Part shown: positions 54,792 through 64,000 of the stretch, piece after piece
How the letters are laid out: each line of letters starts with the position of its first letter
How positions within the stretch are numbered: the stretch's first letter is position 1
Origin: a virus
Taxonomy: Duplodnaviria > Caudoviricetes
Strand: one strand, 5' to 3'
DNA length: 64,000 nucleotides
IMG/VR virus record: IMGVR_UViG_2905639403_000004
Location: 1 to 64,000 of that record
The notes under the pieces: generated by a model
Told to the model about the DNA's origin: nothing
What the model saw: only the letters and a program-made list of their open reading frames with translations
Databases searched by the model: none
Made by a program: the position numbers and the translations under genes

Positions 54792-57700
54792 CTATGCCGT
54801 CGCTTTGAGTTCATCGATTTCAGTTTTCATTTGTGCCAGCAACGGCAAGAGCGCTGCCGCGATCCGGTCGTACTGGATCCCTTCAAGCTCACCATCTGGC
54901 CCACGGACAACCAGATCCTCAAGACCGGCAGCTTCCAAATCCTCAGCAATCAGGCCAAAGTTGGTCTGTGGTAACTCTTTTTGCTCGCCGCTTGCATATC
55001 GCTCCATGGCTGCCTTGTCCAGCCAGTGAGCCGTCGGTAACGTCAGCAGCTGCTCAGCCAACTCGGTTGAACGATCGCGCTTAATGTTGACCTTGTACTT
55101 GCTGGCAGACGTGCTTCGGACGAGAGCACCATCAGAAGCAACAAATGCGTTTGGAGATGATGAGGTTGTTTTTGACCACGCAGAAGGTATCTGCACGTAG
55201 TCAGCTTCAATGTCAATGCGTGTTCCTCCAGTTAATCCGCTTTTGTTGTAGCCAACCATAATAGATGGAACGGAATCTATTCCCTCAACTATTGAATATG
55301 ATGCGCCTCCGATGATTGTCACACCACGATTAGCGCCACCTACAACAGTGTTATAGTCTTTTGAAACCGAAATACCACTGAACTTTTTTGTAAAAAGTCC
55401 TGCCCCACCAAGAAAAGCATTATTTTCTCCAGAAACAGAGACGGTTAAAACATCACGGCCTACGATTTCAGCGCCCCTTCCCAAAGATTGACTTGCTCCG
55501 ACATTATCGATAGTCAAATAAGGTGTCTGAGCCGAGTCAAAAGCATGGGGTTGGACAAATGTCATCGATCCGCCCTTAAGCAAAACACTGTTGGTGCTGT
55601 CCGTTACGGATATATATTTTTGGTCGATGTTGATATCAATGTTGTTGTCAGTTGAGTGTATGCGGCCTTTCTGGAACTCAACCATCCCTGTATTCAAATT
55701 GATGGCCAAGTTAGCGCCAGAAATCGTGCCAGTCACAATAGCTGAGGCGTTCAGGTTGATCACGTTGAGATTGGCCGCATTCAACGTCCCGGTGGTGATC
55801 TTGTCAGCAGACAAACTTGCGATCGCTGCTGAGGGGATGAAGGCATTGCCTGTAAAGACAACTGTTGGTGCATCTAGAACAAGCTTTCCACTTTGAATCA
55901 GAGTACGGTTGGCTTCCAGATTGATCTGACTAAGCACATCGCCTTTAGACACACGGAGATTAATCGCATCTTGCAGCTGGGTTATCTGAGAACTTCCTGC
56001 GTTGCGAGTAATGCGCATGCCTAGTACGAGTGCAAAACCAAGATCAGATCCTGCGGTTCCATCAATTTGAATCCAAGGAATTGCGGACCGTCCCTTTTCC
56101 GGAATTGTGACATTTCCGCTGATGTGTATTAGGCCATGGTTGGGATCCATTGATGCTGCGGGAACCCATGCCCAACCGCCATCACCCGTTGTGATTTGCA
56201 AACCAATTGAAACGGGATACTTCGTGTTATACGTATTTACCCAAGCATCAATGTAATATACTTCGTTAGAACTAACTGTGAAGTCGTTACCATGCTCGAT
56301 GTTGTCGCGAGCGCTAAGCTTCAAGTAGTTTTTGTGTCCGGTAACTGTGATGGTATCGTCAGTTGTAAATATTGAGCCTGGCCATCCTCCCACCTTGCTA
56401 TCATCAAACCACGCTTTTCTGACAATGTTATCACGGCTCTCAATGATGGTTGTGATTTGATCAGATAATTGCGTTTGTTGTGATTGCAACCCAGTCAGCT
56501 GATTCGTTGCGGTTTGCTGGAATCCCTGCAAAGTTTGCAGTGCTGTTGTCACTTGACCATGATTATTAGCAACTGTCGTCGTCAGACCGTCAACCGTCAT
56601 CTTTAGGTTAGAAAACTGGGTAACGGTTGCCTGTGATGACGTATCCAATTCTAAATTAAGGTGACTCAATTTGAATACAAAAGCGCGTCCATCTGGCACG
56701 TTACCAAATCTCAAAAGCAGCTTGTCGTTGCCTTTGGCGGTGAATGTCAAAATAAAGCGTTTGTTAGTAACATTTGATTCCAGAACCGCGTGATTGTCAG
56801 CATCAAATCCGAGGTCAACACCACGACCCCAACCCCACCCATCATTTGGGTTGAAATCCGGTGCATCCCAGTCAACGGTCAAGAGATAGTGGTTGCCAGC
56901 CTCAGTTGGCAAAGTGGTGCTCAGCTCTTCAACACTGGCAACTCCAAGATAATTGATGACGTTGACTGTGTTATCGTAATCAATCGACTTCACCGCATTA
57001 TTTGCTGGCGTGTTTTTGTCCCATGTCCGCAAATCTTGCCACTTGCCTTTAATCAAATTCGGCCGATCCTCAGTCTGCAATCGTTGATTTATTGAATTGA
57101 ACTGAGCATTAAACTGACTGGCAGTTGCTGTGATCTGACCCTGCGTCCATGACTGTGTTGCATACGGCGTCAGCAGGCCGGTCACATCATTCTTGGTCAT
57201 CGTCAAAGACAACTGATCATTTGCAACCTTGAGATCAGCACGCAGTTGATTGACTGACCCATTGATGGTGTTAACGACACTTTGATCGGCTTTAAGTTGC
57301 AATCCATCGGCAGTCTGTTGAGCCAGCGTTTTCGCTGTGGTGACTTCACCCGACAACTTGTTTATGTCCGTCTTAGTCGCCAATGTTGCCATCGTTCCTG
57401 CTAGATCATCGGTTTTAGTGACCAATGTAGCCACCGTTGTCTTCTGATCTGTCGCAGTCTCCAAAGCAGAATTTGCGGTCGCCAATGCGGTTTTCGCATC
57501 AGATGCTGCTGACACTGCTTGTGTTGCAAGAGCATTGGCCGAGTCGGCTGTACTTTTAGCCGCCTGTGCAGTCTGATTGCTCATTGAAGCCAACTGTGCG
57601 CTACTATTTGCTTTTGCCACAGCATCATTGGCAGCTTCTTTGGCAGCAGCAACATCCGCGATTGCGGTGTCAACCTTCTTCTGAACCTCGGTGCCAAAAG

Positions 57701-59006
57701 CGTCACCGGTTTCGGCATTCCATTGGCCATCATGAAAGAGCCACATAATTGTTCCCTTGGCAGTCGTTTGATAGTATACGTCACCGGTTTTACCAGCAAT
57801 ATTCAGATCGACCGGCGATTGATCTCCCCAGCCTGTTGAATTCATGCCATTTGTTGCCTTCGCAATCACGACCTTATCAACTAACTCAATCTGTGACTTG
57901 ATCTCGTTGACCTGGCTACTGAGATTGCTATATGCAACATCTGGCCTCGATGTACTGTCGTACGTCTGTGTTAGATAGCTATGATTTGACGGTTGCCAGG
58001 TATATCCAGTCAAACGCGCTCTCACATCAATATCATCAAGCTTGTGCGTGATGGTGACCGTATCGCCTGGCAACACAGTGGTAGTGATGCTTAAATCCTT
58101 GTACTCTTCAGTATTCTCAAGCAACGCCACATTCAACTTGTACGTCCACTTGGCCTCATCAATATGACTTTCGGAGAACTCTTTCGTAGCGGCAGCACGA
58201 AGTAACTCGTACGCTTCTTGAACCGGAACAGCACCTTTTTGATCTCCTGTTGCCTGTGTTTCGTCAATGGCCTTGATGTCTTGATAGGTTTTGGTGCCAA
58301 TCTTCGGTTTGCGATAATTGCCTAACTTGGGGCTGTCAACATAAAGCTCAGGTAGTAAAAGACCATTGTAGCCTTCTGGCAGCAGTCGCGTAATAATACC
58401 ACTACTGTCCTTGGTCGCTTCGTATCCGGTCAAGTTGTGTGCATATTCAAAATGAACACCACGATCTTTTCCTAGACGAGGGTTGACGCTGAAACTAAAG
58501 TCCTGCCAATCGAATTCACCACCCCAGCGGTTAAGAAACGAGTTGTCATCCGTTCCCAAAAGTGCCTTGATGATTGACATTCTAACCAGCCGGGCATTGG
58601 TTACATTTCCGATTGTTGATAGAACTTTGAAGCTAGTTGGATAGTTGGCAGCGCGCATGATCTGATCAAGTGCGCCCTGGCCATCCTTGTCAACGATGTT
58701 GGTGTCCGCGATGAAATCATCGTTAAGATCCCAGAACACGTGATAAGCAGTGATGCTAAGATGACCCATGGACTTGATCACTTGCGCGATTCGAAAAGCA
58801 GCCTTGCCCCCCGGAACTGGCACGCGCACGATATTTTCAGCCACGAGGTCTCCAGCATGTTCGCTAAACATCGGATAATCGAACGTCAAGGTGAACTTCG
58901 CGTTGAGCTGCCAAGTGACGATATCATTGCTGATGTCGTCCAAAGCATAGCCGTGGTGACTGAAATCAGTCTGGTCACGCGGATAGAGTTCAATATCGGT
59001 ACTCAT
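54792..59006 (-). CDS. Tal / tail fibre with coiled coil, CBM-like inserts, gp58-like domain and C-terminal peptidase S74 chaperone
   Basis: RWGGE, ITRLLPEG, SQINL, LSADKITTGTL, STSASKYK, GLIAED, YDRI motifs. Confidence 0.9.
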   Translation of the reverse strand: MSTDIELYPRDQTDFSHHGYALDDISNDIVTWQLNAKFTLTFDYPMFSEHAGDLVAENIVRVPVPGGKAAFRIAQVIKSMGHLSITAYHVFWDLNDDFIADTNIVDKDGQGALDQIMRAANYPTSFKVLSTIGNVTNARLVRMSIIKALLGTDDNSFLNRWGGEFDWQDFSFSVNPRLGKDRGVHFEYAHNLTGYEATKDSSGIITRLLPEGYNGLLLPELYVDSPKLGNYRKPKIGTKTYQDIKAIDETQATGDQKGAVPVQEAYELLRAAATKEFSESHIDEAKWTYKLNVALLENTEEYKDLSITTTVLPGDTVTITHKLDDIDVRARLTGYTWQPSNHSYLTQTYDSTSRPDVAYSNLSSQVNEIKSQIELVDKVVIAKATNGMNSTGWGDQSPVDLNIAGKTGDVYYQTTAKGTIMWLFHDGQWNAETGDAFGTEVQKKVDTAIADVAAAKEAANDAVAKANSSAQLASMSNQTAQAAKSTADSANALATQAVSAASDAKTALATANSALETATDQKTTVATLVTKTDDLAGTMATLATKTDINKLSGEVTTAKTLAQQTADGLQLKADQSVVNTINGSVNQLRADLKVANDQLSLTMTKNDVTGLLTPYATQSWTQGQITATASQFNAQFNSINQRLQTEDRPNLIKGKWQDLRTWDKNTPANNAVKSIDYDNTVNVINYLGVASVEELSTTLPTEAGNHYLLTVDWDAPDFNPNDGWGWGRGVDLGFDADNHAVLESNVTNKRFILTFTAKGNDKLLLRFGNVPDGRAFVFKLSHLNLELDTSSQATVTQFSNLKMTVDGLTTTVANNHGQVTTALQTLQGFQQTATNQLTGLQSQQTQLSDQITTIIESRDNIVRKAWFDDSKVGGWPGSIFTTDDTITVTGHKNYLKLSARDNIEHGNDFTVSSNEVYYIDAWVNTYNTKYPVSIGLQITTGDGGWAWVPAASMDPNHGLIHISGNVTIPEKGRSAIPWIQIDGTAGSDLGFALVLGMRITRNAGSSQITQLQDAINLRVSKGDVLSQINLEANRTLIQSGKLVLDAPTVVFTGNAFIPSAAIASLSADKITTGTLNAANLNVINLNASAIVTGTISGANLAINLNTGMVEFQKGRIHSTDNNIDINIDQKYISVTDSTNSVLLKGGSMTFVQPHAFDSAQTPYLTIDNVGASQSLGRGAEIVGRDVLTVSVSGENNAFLGGAGLFTKKFSGISVSKDYNTVVGGANRGVTIIGGASYSIVEGIDSVPSIMVGYNKSGLTGGTRIDIEADYVQIPSAWSKTTSSSPNAFVASDGALVRSTSASKYKVNIKRDRSTELAEQLLTLPTAHWLDKAAMERYASGEQKELPQTNFGLIAEDLEAAGLEDLVVRGPDGELEGIQYDRIAAALLPLLAQMKTEIDELKATA

Positions 59007-59698
59007 ACATAACACCACCTAGGTTGCACTGTGATACTTGTGACGCCGGTCAAAATGACATGATTGACACCTGGCACAAAGAGCGGCCAATCACCCGCTG
59101 TCGAAGTTGTGATATCCTTGTCAGCCATGGTCGCCGTGTGTCTAGCACAGTCGAGAGTGACAGGCGCTGTCAGGCTGTCGATTGAGAACTGGTTCGTGTT
59201 CACGGAGATCTTGACTGTTCCGGACCCTGACACGGTGAGCAACGGTTCCGCTGCCACGTTACCGGGGTTCACGATGTCAAAGTTAGCCGTGAACGTCTTT
59301 GGATCAGTCATCTGATACTCAAGCGGATCCAAAGTGAAGCTGGGCTTGTAGGAGCCACTGACCTCCACATCGTCTACCGAAAACTCGCCGATCGTGACTG
59401 ACTTGATGAGCCGATAGAAGTCGGGGTCATCACTCAACACTAGCTTCGACGCGGATTGCAGTAACTGCCGTGTCTTCCGCCATGACTGGTTGAGCGTCTT
59501 GAAGTCCACGAGTTGGAGTTCTGGTGACCAAGTAATATCCTTCCAACCACGTTTCTCGGTTAATGAACCACTCAAACGGCCAGGCACGTCTGTGAACTGC
59601 ACATCGCGCTTAGCTGCGGGAATGTTTGGCTTCTTAGTGACCAACGTCCCCGGCACAGACTGGGCCAGAGATTGACCGTCCAGAATTAATTCAACCAT
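59003..59698 (-). CDS. Distal tail protein (classical Dit)
   Basis: VPGR, LSDDPDFY, NPG..AEP, PGVN, VQPRWCY motifs. Confidence 0.88.
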   Translation of the reverse strand: MVELILDGQSLAQSVPGTLVTKKPNIPAAKRDVQFTDVPGRLSGSLTEKRGWKDITWSPELQLVDFKTLNQSWRKTRQLLQSASKLVLSDDPDFYRLIKSVTIGEFSVDDVEVSGSYKPSFTLDPLEYQMTDPKTFTANFDIVNPGNVAAEPLLTVSGSGTVKISVNTNQFSIDSLTAPVTLDCARHTATMADKDITTSTAGDWPLFVPGVNHVILTGVTSITVQPRWCYV

Positions 59699-59704
59699 CT
59701 GTTA

Positions 59705-62700
59705 TCAAAGCCTCCTTCCATAGCTAAAGTTTTGAGTTGCATCCTGCTGTTTCAAGTAGTCCGAGGTGTATGGACCGGTGATAGTTGCAAACGTGCGGCC
59801 ATCCACCTGCAGCGTAATTGGTCCCTGGGATGGCATATGAGCCGCAATAGCTGCGCCCATCTTATTCCACGTATCATCGTTCAGTGGAATAACGCCCTCC
59901 GGCCCAGCTTCGCCACCAACCTGTGCCCGGCCATTGTTATCGGCAAACATAGTCGGCTGCGTCATAATGCCACCTTGCGCGTACCAGTCAATACCCAAAT
60001 AAGGGATAGATCCATGCAAAAGATCACCAACAGACCAACCACTGGGTTGGATGCTGAAATGCGGCATTGGAATATGTGGCCAGTGGATACTGAAGTTGAA
60101 GAAACCTCGAATGGCGTCAATCGCTCCTCGAACGATATCTTTTGCAGTATTGATTGGCCCAGAGATTGCATTTTTGATACTGTTCCAGACGTTAGATGTC
60201 ACAGAACTAACCGCATTCCAAGCACTTGAAACAGCATTTCTAATACTTCCCACAACATTTGAGATAGTCGATTTAATGCTGTTCCACACATTTGATACTG
60301 CACTTTTAACACTATTGAAAATGTTTGAAGTAGTCGAACTAACTGCGTTCCATGCATTAGATACAACTGACTTGACTGCATTAACAACATTTGAAACGAC
60401 ATTCTTGATATTGTTCCAAATGCTTGAAACAACACTTTTAACCTCGTTGAACACACTAGAGGTAACACTACTAATGGAATTCCATGCACTCCGAATCACG
60501 TTACCTATGCTGGCTAGGATTGGCCCAAAGAATGATTTAATACCATTCCAAACATTGGTGATGATACCCTTAATTAAATTCATTGCGGTCGTAATAATGG
60601 TCTTCCAGATATTGAGATACGTACCAATAATGACAGCAATAGCGGTAATCGCCACCGTAAAGATTACTTTGATTCCGTTCCAGAAAGCAGAAAAGAAGGA
60701 CTTAATACCGTTCCAAATTGACTTAATGACATTTACAGCAGCTTTAAAAGCTGGCTTCAAAAAATTGGTAATGGCATTAATCGCAATCGTGAAGATTTGC
60801 TTGATACCATTCCACAACTGCTTGAAGAAACTGGTAACAGTACTCCAAACACCCTTGAGCCAAGTGACAATCGCACCCCAGTTCTTGATAACCAAAACGA
60901 CTGCGGTAATCGCGGCAATTACAGCCGCAATCACTCCGACAAACGGCAGGAGCGTGGCCATAAAAGCTCCCATGCCTGCAGCTCCTAGGCCAGCCCCTGT
61001 ACCGGCAGCAGTCGCGCCAACACCGAGCATTGGTAGAACTGTTGCAACTGCAGTGATAACTGGTGCCAAGACACCAAGTGCGACAGTGATCGCACCAAAC
61101 GCAACAACCAGCGCTTTCACGGGTGCTGGTGCCTTATGGAATGCATCACTGACACCTTTGACAATTGGCAGAAGCCTCTTGATCACAGGCAATAGGGTCT
61201 CTTGAATTGTTCCACCAATCTTGCCCATAGTCTGTTCGTATTCTTTCTGAGCTTGTTTGGCCTTGTCTACTGGATCCAAGGTCTGCTTAAAAGATTTCGA
61301 GACGGTTCCACCAGTGTCTTGGGCTGATTTTTTTAGACCATCAAGTGAAACTTTGCCATCACGGATGGCTTGAGCCATCTGTGGACCTGACTTGGCGCCA
61401 AATGTTTGAATTGCAATGTTAAAAGCATCTTGGTCTGTCTTGGCATCTTTGATTCCTTTGAAAGATTGCGTCATGACATCGCTGAAAGATTTGTTCTCAG
61501 TTTTAGCGGCAGAGAATGCCTTCTGCATGCCCTTGAGCACTGTGGAAGAATCAATCCCAGATTTGCTCCAGGACGCAAGTAGTGGAATTCCCTGCTGAAG
61601 ACTAATGTGCAATTGTTTGAAGGCTGGGTATGCCTTTGATGCATCTTCTTCAAGGTCGGCAACTGGTACACCTGTCCGCTGAGACGCTGCAGCAAAGGCA
61701 TCAAGTACGCTAGGAATATCTTTAGCGCTGAGATTGAATCGTGACATGGAATCATGTAACGCGTTGACCGCGTCAGTCCCAGACTGACCTGTGATCTGGC
61801 TGAACTTGGCAACGTCTTCGGATGTCTTTTCCAGCTGCGGACCACTCAAATTGAATTGACTAGTAAGCCCTGCCATAGTATTCGACAAGTCCATCGATTC
61901 CATCTGCGCACCAGACTCGGAGCGTTCAACTTTCTCAAATGACTCACCGAGTTTATCTGCAACGCCTCCAACAGCGCCAGTTTTGCTGGTCAGGTTATCA
62001 ACAGCATCATCAGTTTGTGTCCATGCTTCTTGCGCCTTTTGGTTAAAATCTTGTAGGCCTTGACCAGCAGATTGGAATCCATTGGCGACAGTCTGCAATC
62101 GTTCAGCAGCTGTGTTCTTAGCAATCTCGTCAAGTTTGGAGCTAGTATCTTGTGACTCCTTACCCAATTTATCCATTTGGTTACCCAAATTGGCCACAGA
62201 TGTTTCGGCGTCATTCAACTTGACTTTCATCTGTGTTGCTTCAGCTGAGTTTTCTCCGTAAGCGGTGACCGTTTCCTTCAACTGTTGCTTCAAGTTATCA
62301 ACTTTTTGCCGAGACAAGTCCATTTGTTCGGACAGTTGCCGTTGGGCGGCAGCTGTCTTCTGCGACTCGGAAGCATTATCACCTAGTTGGGCATTTTCCA
62401 GTTTAGCCGATGTAGACGCGAGCTTAAGCTTAGAATCAAGCTCGCCCTCTTCCTGCTGCAGGTTACTGATATGATCTTTGGCATCGTTAGCTTTGGAACC
62501 TTGCTCACTGAGTTGGCTGTTAACTTGATCAAGAGCACCTTTCAAATTATTTTCAACCCGTTGTGCATCCGCAACCTTGCCGACGAGCCGATCAAATGAA
62601 GAGCCAGATGTTTCACCACGATCCTGCATCGTCTTCAATTGTTCAGACAGAATTTGCGTTCTTTTAGCAGCAGCTTCGGATTGAATTTGCAATTTTTGTT

Positions 62701-62875
62701 GTTCAGCAGCCAGTTTCTGAGTCGAACTAGCATTATCATCCATAGACGATATCTGGGCTCGATATTCCTTTGCGGCCGTGTTCATCACGGCGTTGATGTC
62801 TTTCACTGTGTTAGCAAACTGTACTTGACCATTCATCTTGAAATCAAGAACAACGTTTTGAGTTTCGTCAGCCAT
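59705..62875 (-). CDS. Tape measure protein
   Basis: Coiled coil, W-periodic repeats, WYAQGG and GEAGPE motifs. Confidence 0.93.
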   Translation of the reverse strand: MADETQNVVLDFKMNGQVQFANTVKDINAVMNTAAKEYRAQISSMDDNASSTQKLAAEQQKLQIQSEAAAKRTQILSEQLKTMQDRGETSGSSFDRLVGKVADAQRVENNLKGALDQVNSQLSEQGSKANDAKDHISNLQQEEGELDSKLKLASTSAKLENAQLGDNASESQKTAAAQRQLSEQMDLSRQKVDNLKQQLKETVTAYGENSAEATQMKVKLNDAETSVANLGNQMDKLGKESQDTSSKLDEIAKNTAAERLQTVANGFQSAGQGLQDFNQKAQEAWTQTDDAVDNLTSKTGAVGGVADKLGESFEKVERSESGAQMESMDLSNTMAGLTSQFNLSGPQLEKTSEDVAKFSQITGQSGTDAVNALHDSMSRFNLSAKDIPSVLDAFAAASQRTGVPVADLEEDASKAYPAFKQLHISLQQGIPLLASWSKSGIDSSTVLKGMQKAFSAAKTENKSFSDVMTQSFKGIKDAKTDQDAFNIAIQTFGAKSGPQMAQAIRDGKVSLDGLKKSAQDTGGTVSKSFKQTLDPVDKAKQAQKEYEQTMGKIGGTIQETLLPVIKRLLPIVKGVSDAFHKAPAPVKALVVAFGAITVALGVLAPVITAVATVLPMLGVGATAAGTGAGLGAAGMGAFMATLLPFVGVIAAVIAAITAVVLVIKNWGAIVTWLKGVWSTVTSFFKQLWNGIKQIFTIAINAITNFLKPAFKAAVNVIKSIWNGIKSFFSAFWNGIKVIFTVAITAIAVIIGTYLNIWKTIITTAMNLIKGIITNVWNGIKSFFGPILASIGNVIRSAWNSISSVTSSVFNEVKSVVSSIWNNIKNVVSNVVNAVKSVVSNAWNAVSSTTSNIFNSVKSAVSNVWNSIKSTISNVVGSIRNAVSSAWNAVSSVTSNVWNSIKNAISGPINTAKDIVRGAIDAIRGFFNFSIHWPHIPMPHFSIQPSGWSVGDLLHGSIPYLGIDWYAQGGIMTQPTMFADNNGRAQVGGEAGPEGVIPLNDDTWNKMGAAIAAHMPSQGPITLQVDGRTFATITGPYTSDYLKQQDATQNFSYGRRL

Positions 62876-62894
62876 TATTTTCCTCCTTTCTTAA

Positions 62895-63140
62895 TTAGTT
62901 AAAAAATGGAATATCGTCCAGTGTGACCTGTTTCCGAATGGGATTAGGTTTCTCTTTGTAAATACCATCAGGATTATTAATCTCGATATAGATTAGATAT
63001 TGTTTCAGCCACAGATTCGGCGTTAATTTCATGAATTCTTGAAGCGAGTATCCCATCAGCGCTTTCGCCACATACAAATAAAAGGCCCAGGGGTAATCGT
63101 TATCCTCCTGGGCCTCACCTTCCTGTTGTGGCGACTTTAT
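62895..63140 (-). CDS. gpT-like chaperone extension reached by a -1 frameshift
   Basis: Open -1 frame from the A AAA AAA site (63140-63146) into MYVAKALMGY... Confidence 0.75.
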   Translation of the reverse strand: MKSPQQEGEAQEDNDYPWAFYLYVAKALMGYSLQEFMKLTPNLWLKQYLIYIEINNPDGIYKEKPNPIRKQVTLDDIPFFN

Positions 63141-63502
63141 TTTTTTATGTCACTTAGTTGGAAGTTCTGCTCATTTAGAATATCCATTGCCTCTTGAATA
63201 ACACTAGGAATTTCCGAAAAGGGAATAGCACGGTTCATCTCATCGAAGGTAGTTTCCGTACCTCCACCGACAAGTAAGCCGTAAACAAGCGCCCAAATGA
63301 GTTTCATGGTTTTCTGATCGCGATGAATCACTTTCCGTTTGAGCATAAGATTCAAATCCTTCTCGAATGTTTTGTAGCCTTGCCCATATGCGGATTCAAT
63401 AGCGTCAATTGAGGAAAAAGTGAACGCTGCAGGTACCTTTGCACCTTGAATCGTGATGAAATGATTGTCTCGGAGCCTAACTAGATCAGAGAGCTTCACC
63501 AT
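63137..63502 (-). CDS. Tail assembly chaperone (gpG-like)
   Basis: Between MTP and TMP; ends ...ATA AAA AAA TAA. Confidence 0.85.
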   Translation of the reverse strand: MVKLSDLVRLRDNHFITIQGAKVPAAFTFSSIDAIESAYGQGYKTFEKDLNLMLKRKVIHRDQKTMKLIWALVYGLLVGGGTETTFDEMNRAIPFSEIPSVIQEAMDILNEQNFQLSDIKK

Positions 63503-63578
63503 ATTCCTTTGTCCTCCTAATTAGCAAAAATCGTTAATTTCCCGCCTTGTTTGGCAATCGTCTTAACTGCTTGCGGGG

Positions 63579-64000
63579 CTACACTTTTGGGATTGCTTTT
63601 TGTTTTGCGATCGTTTCAAGCTGTTCTGGAGAAAAAATAACCTGCTTGAAAAAGTCGTCAACAGTCAGGTCAGCACTGTCTCGGGCTGAATTATAGCGTG
63701 CGTAGTAAATACTCGAATTACGCAAACCACCTGCGTTGTAGACGATATCAGGGTTGACTTCCTTGAATGACTCTTCAGAAGTTGCATGGGTTTCATTAAC
63801 AGCAGGGTTAAGTGTACAAGACGTCAACCAGATGCCATCATGCTGTCCATTGGCCAACCATGTGTCAAAACCAATTGCAAACTCTGGCATTGATTGTGCA
63901 AGCGTGGATCCAAACTCGACCCCATGCTTCGCTGCGATGCCTTTCATTGCATCCATAACTGCAATTGGCATCCCGATGTGGGTGTGTGTCACTGCAATAC
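63579..64000 (-). CDS. Major tail protein, 3' part (truncated by the window edge)
   Basis: Synteny; EFAIGF..GIWL pattern; CCCAAAA slippery site at its end. Confidence 0.8.
   Translation of the reverse strand, partial: IAVTHTHIGMPIAVMDAMKGIAAKHGVEFGSTLAQSMPEFAIGFDTWLANGQHDGIWLTSCTLNPAVNETHATSEESFKEVNPDIVYNAGGLRNSSIYYARYNSARDSADLTVDDFFKQVIFSPEQLETIAKQKAIPKV

Larger units (their letters stand above)
50156..64000. mobile_element. Prophage P2, lysis and tail end; continues beyond the window
   Basis: Amidase lysin, holin, Tal, Dit, TMP, chaperones and MTP in canonical order. Confidence 0.92.

Noticed and set aside
60051-61205. 384-aa plus-strand ORF
   Set aside because: Antisense shadow of the repetitive tape-measure gene; no RBS or motifs
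804-62902. Numerous 60-200 aa ORFs opposite or nested within recognised genes
   Set aside because: No motifs or RBS; they overlap well-supported genes and are treated as shadow ORFs

Overview
Lacticaseibacillus (casei/paracasei-like) DNA made almost entirely of stacked mobile elements; the host genus is inferred from similarity to L. casei phage proteins. (1) 1-~40960: a near-complete temperate siphophage prophage (P1). The minus strand carries lysis, tail (evolved Dit, Tal, TMP), HK97-type head/packaging, accessory and replication genes. The plus strand carries cI, immA, a membrane protein and int, ending at a tRNA-3'-end-like att core (40946-40960). Its primase carries an in-frame amber stop. 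(2) 40961-41452: a short remnant of the lysin end of another prophage. (3) 41445-50176: an integrative mobilizable element (tyrosine integrase, DUF3173-type Xis, HUH Rep/relaxase, FtsK/TcpA coupling protein). It is bounded by copies of the guaA 3' end (TIEWE*) and carries an Abi_C / EcoRI-family MTase / DUF262-HNH operon. (4) 50156-64000: the lysis/tail end of a second prophage (P2) attached at the same guaA core, with an autoregulated two-gene moron (unknown protein + HTH-ImmA/IrrE). The most unusual signals are two tandem arrays of promoter-hairpin-terminator small-RNA cassettes in P1 (one with variable anti-RBS/start-codon seeds), the nested att architecture, the two candidate defence cassettes, and a holin carrying a tail-fibre repeat module. 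All calls come from reading the sequence and ORF translations; no database searches were run.
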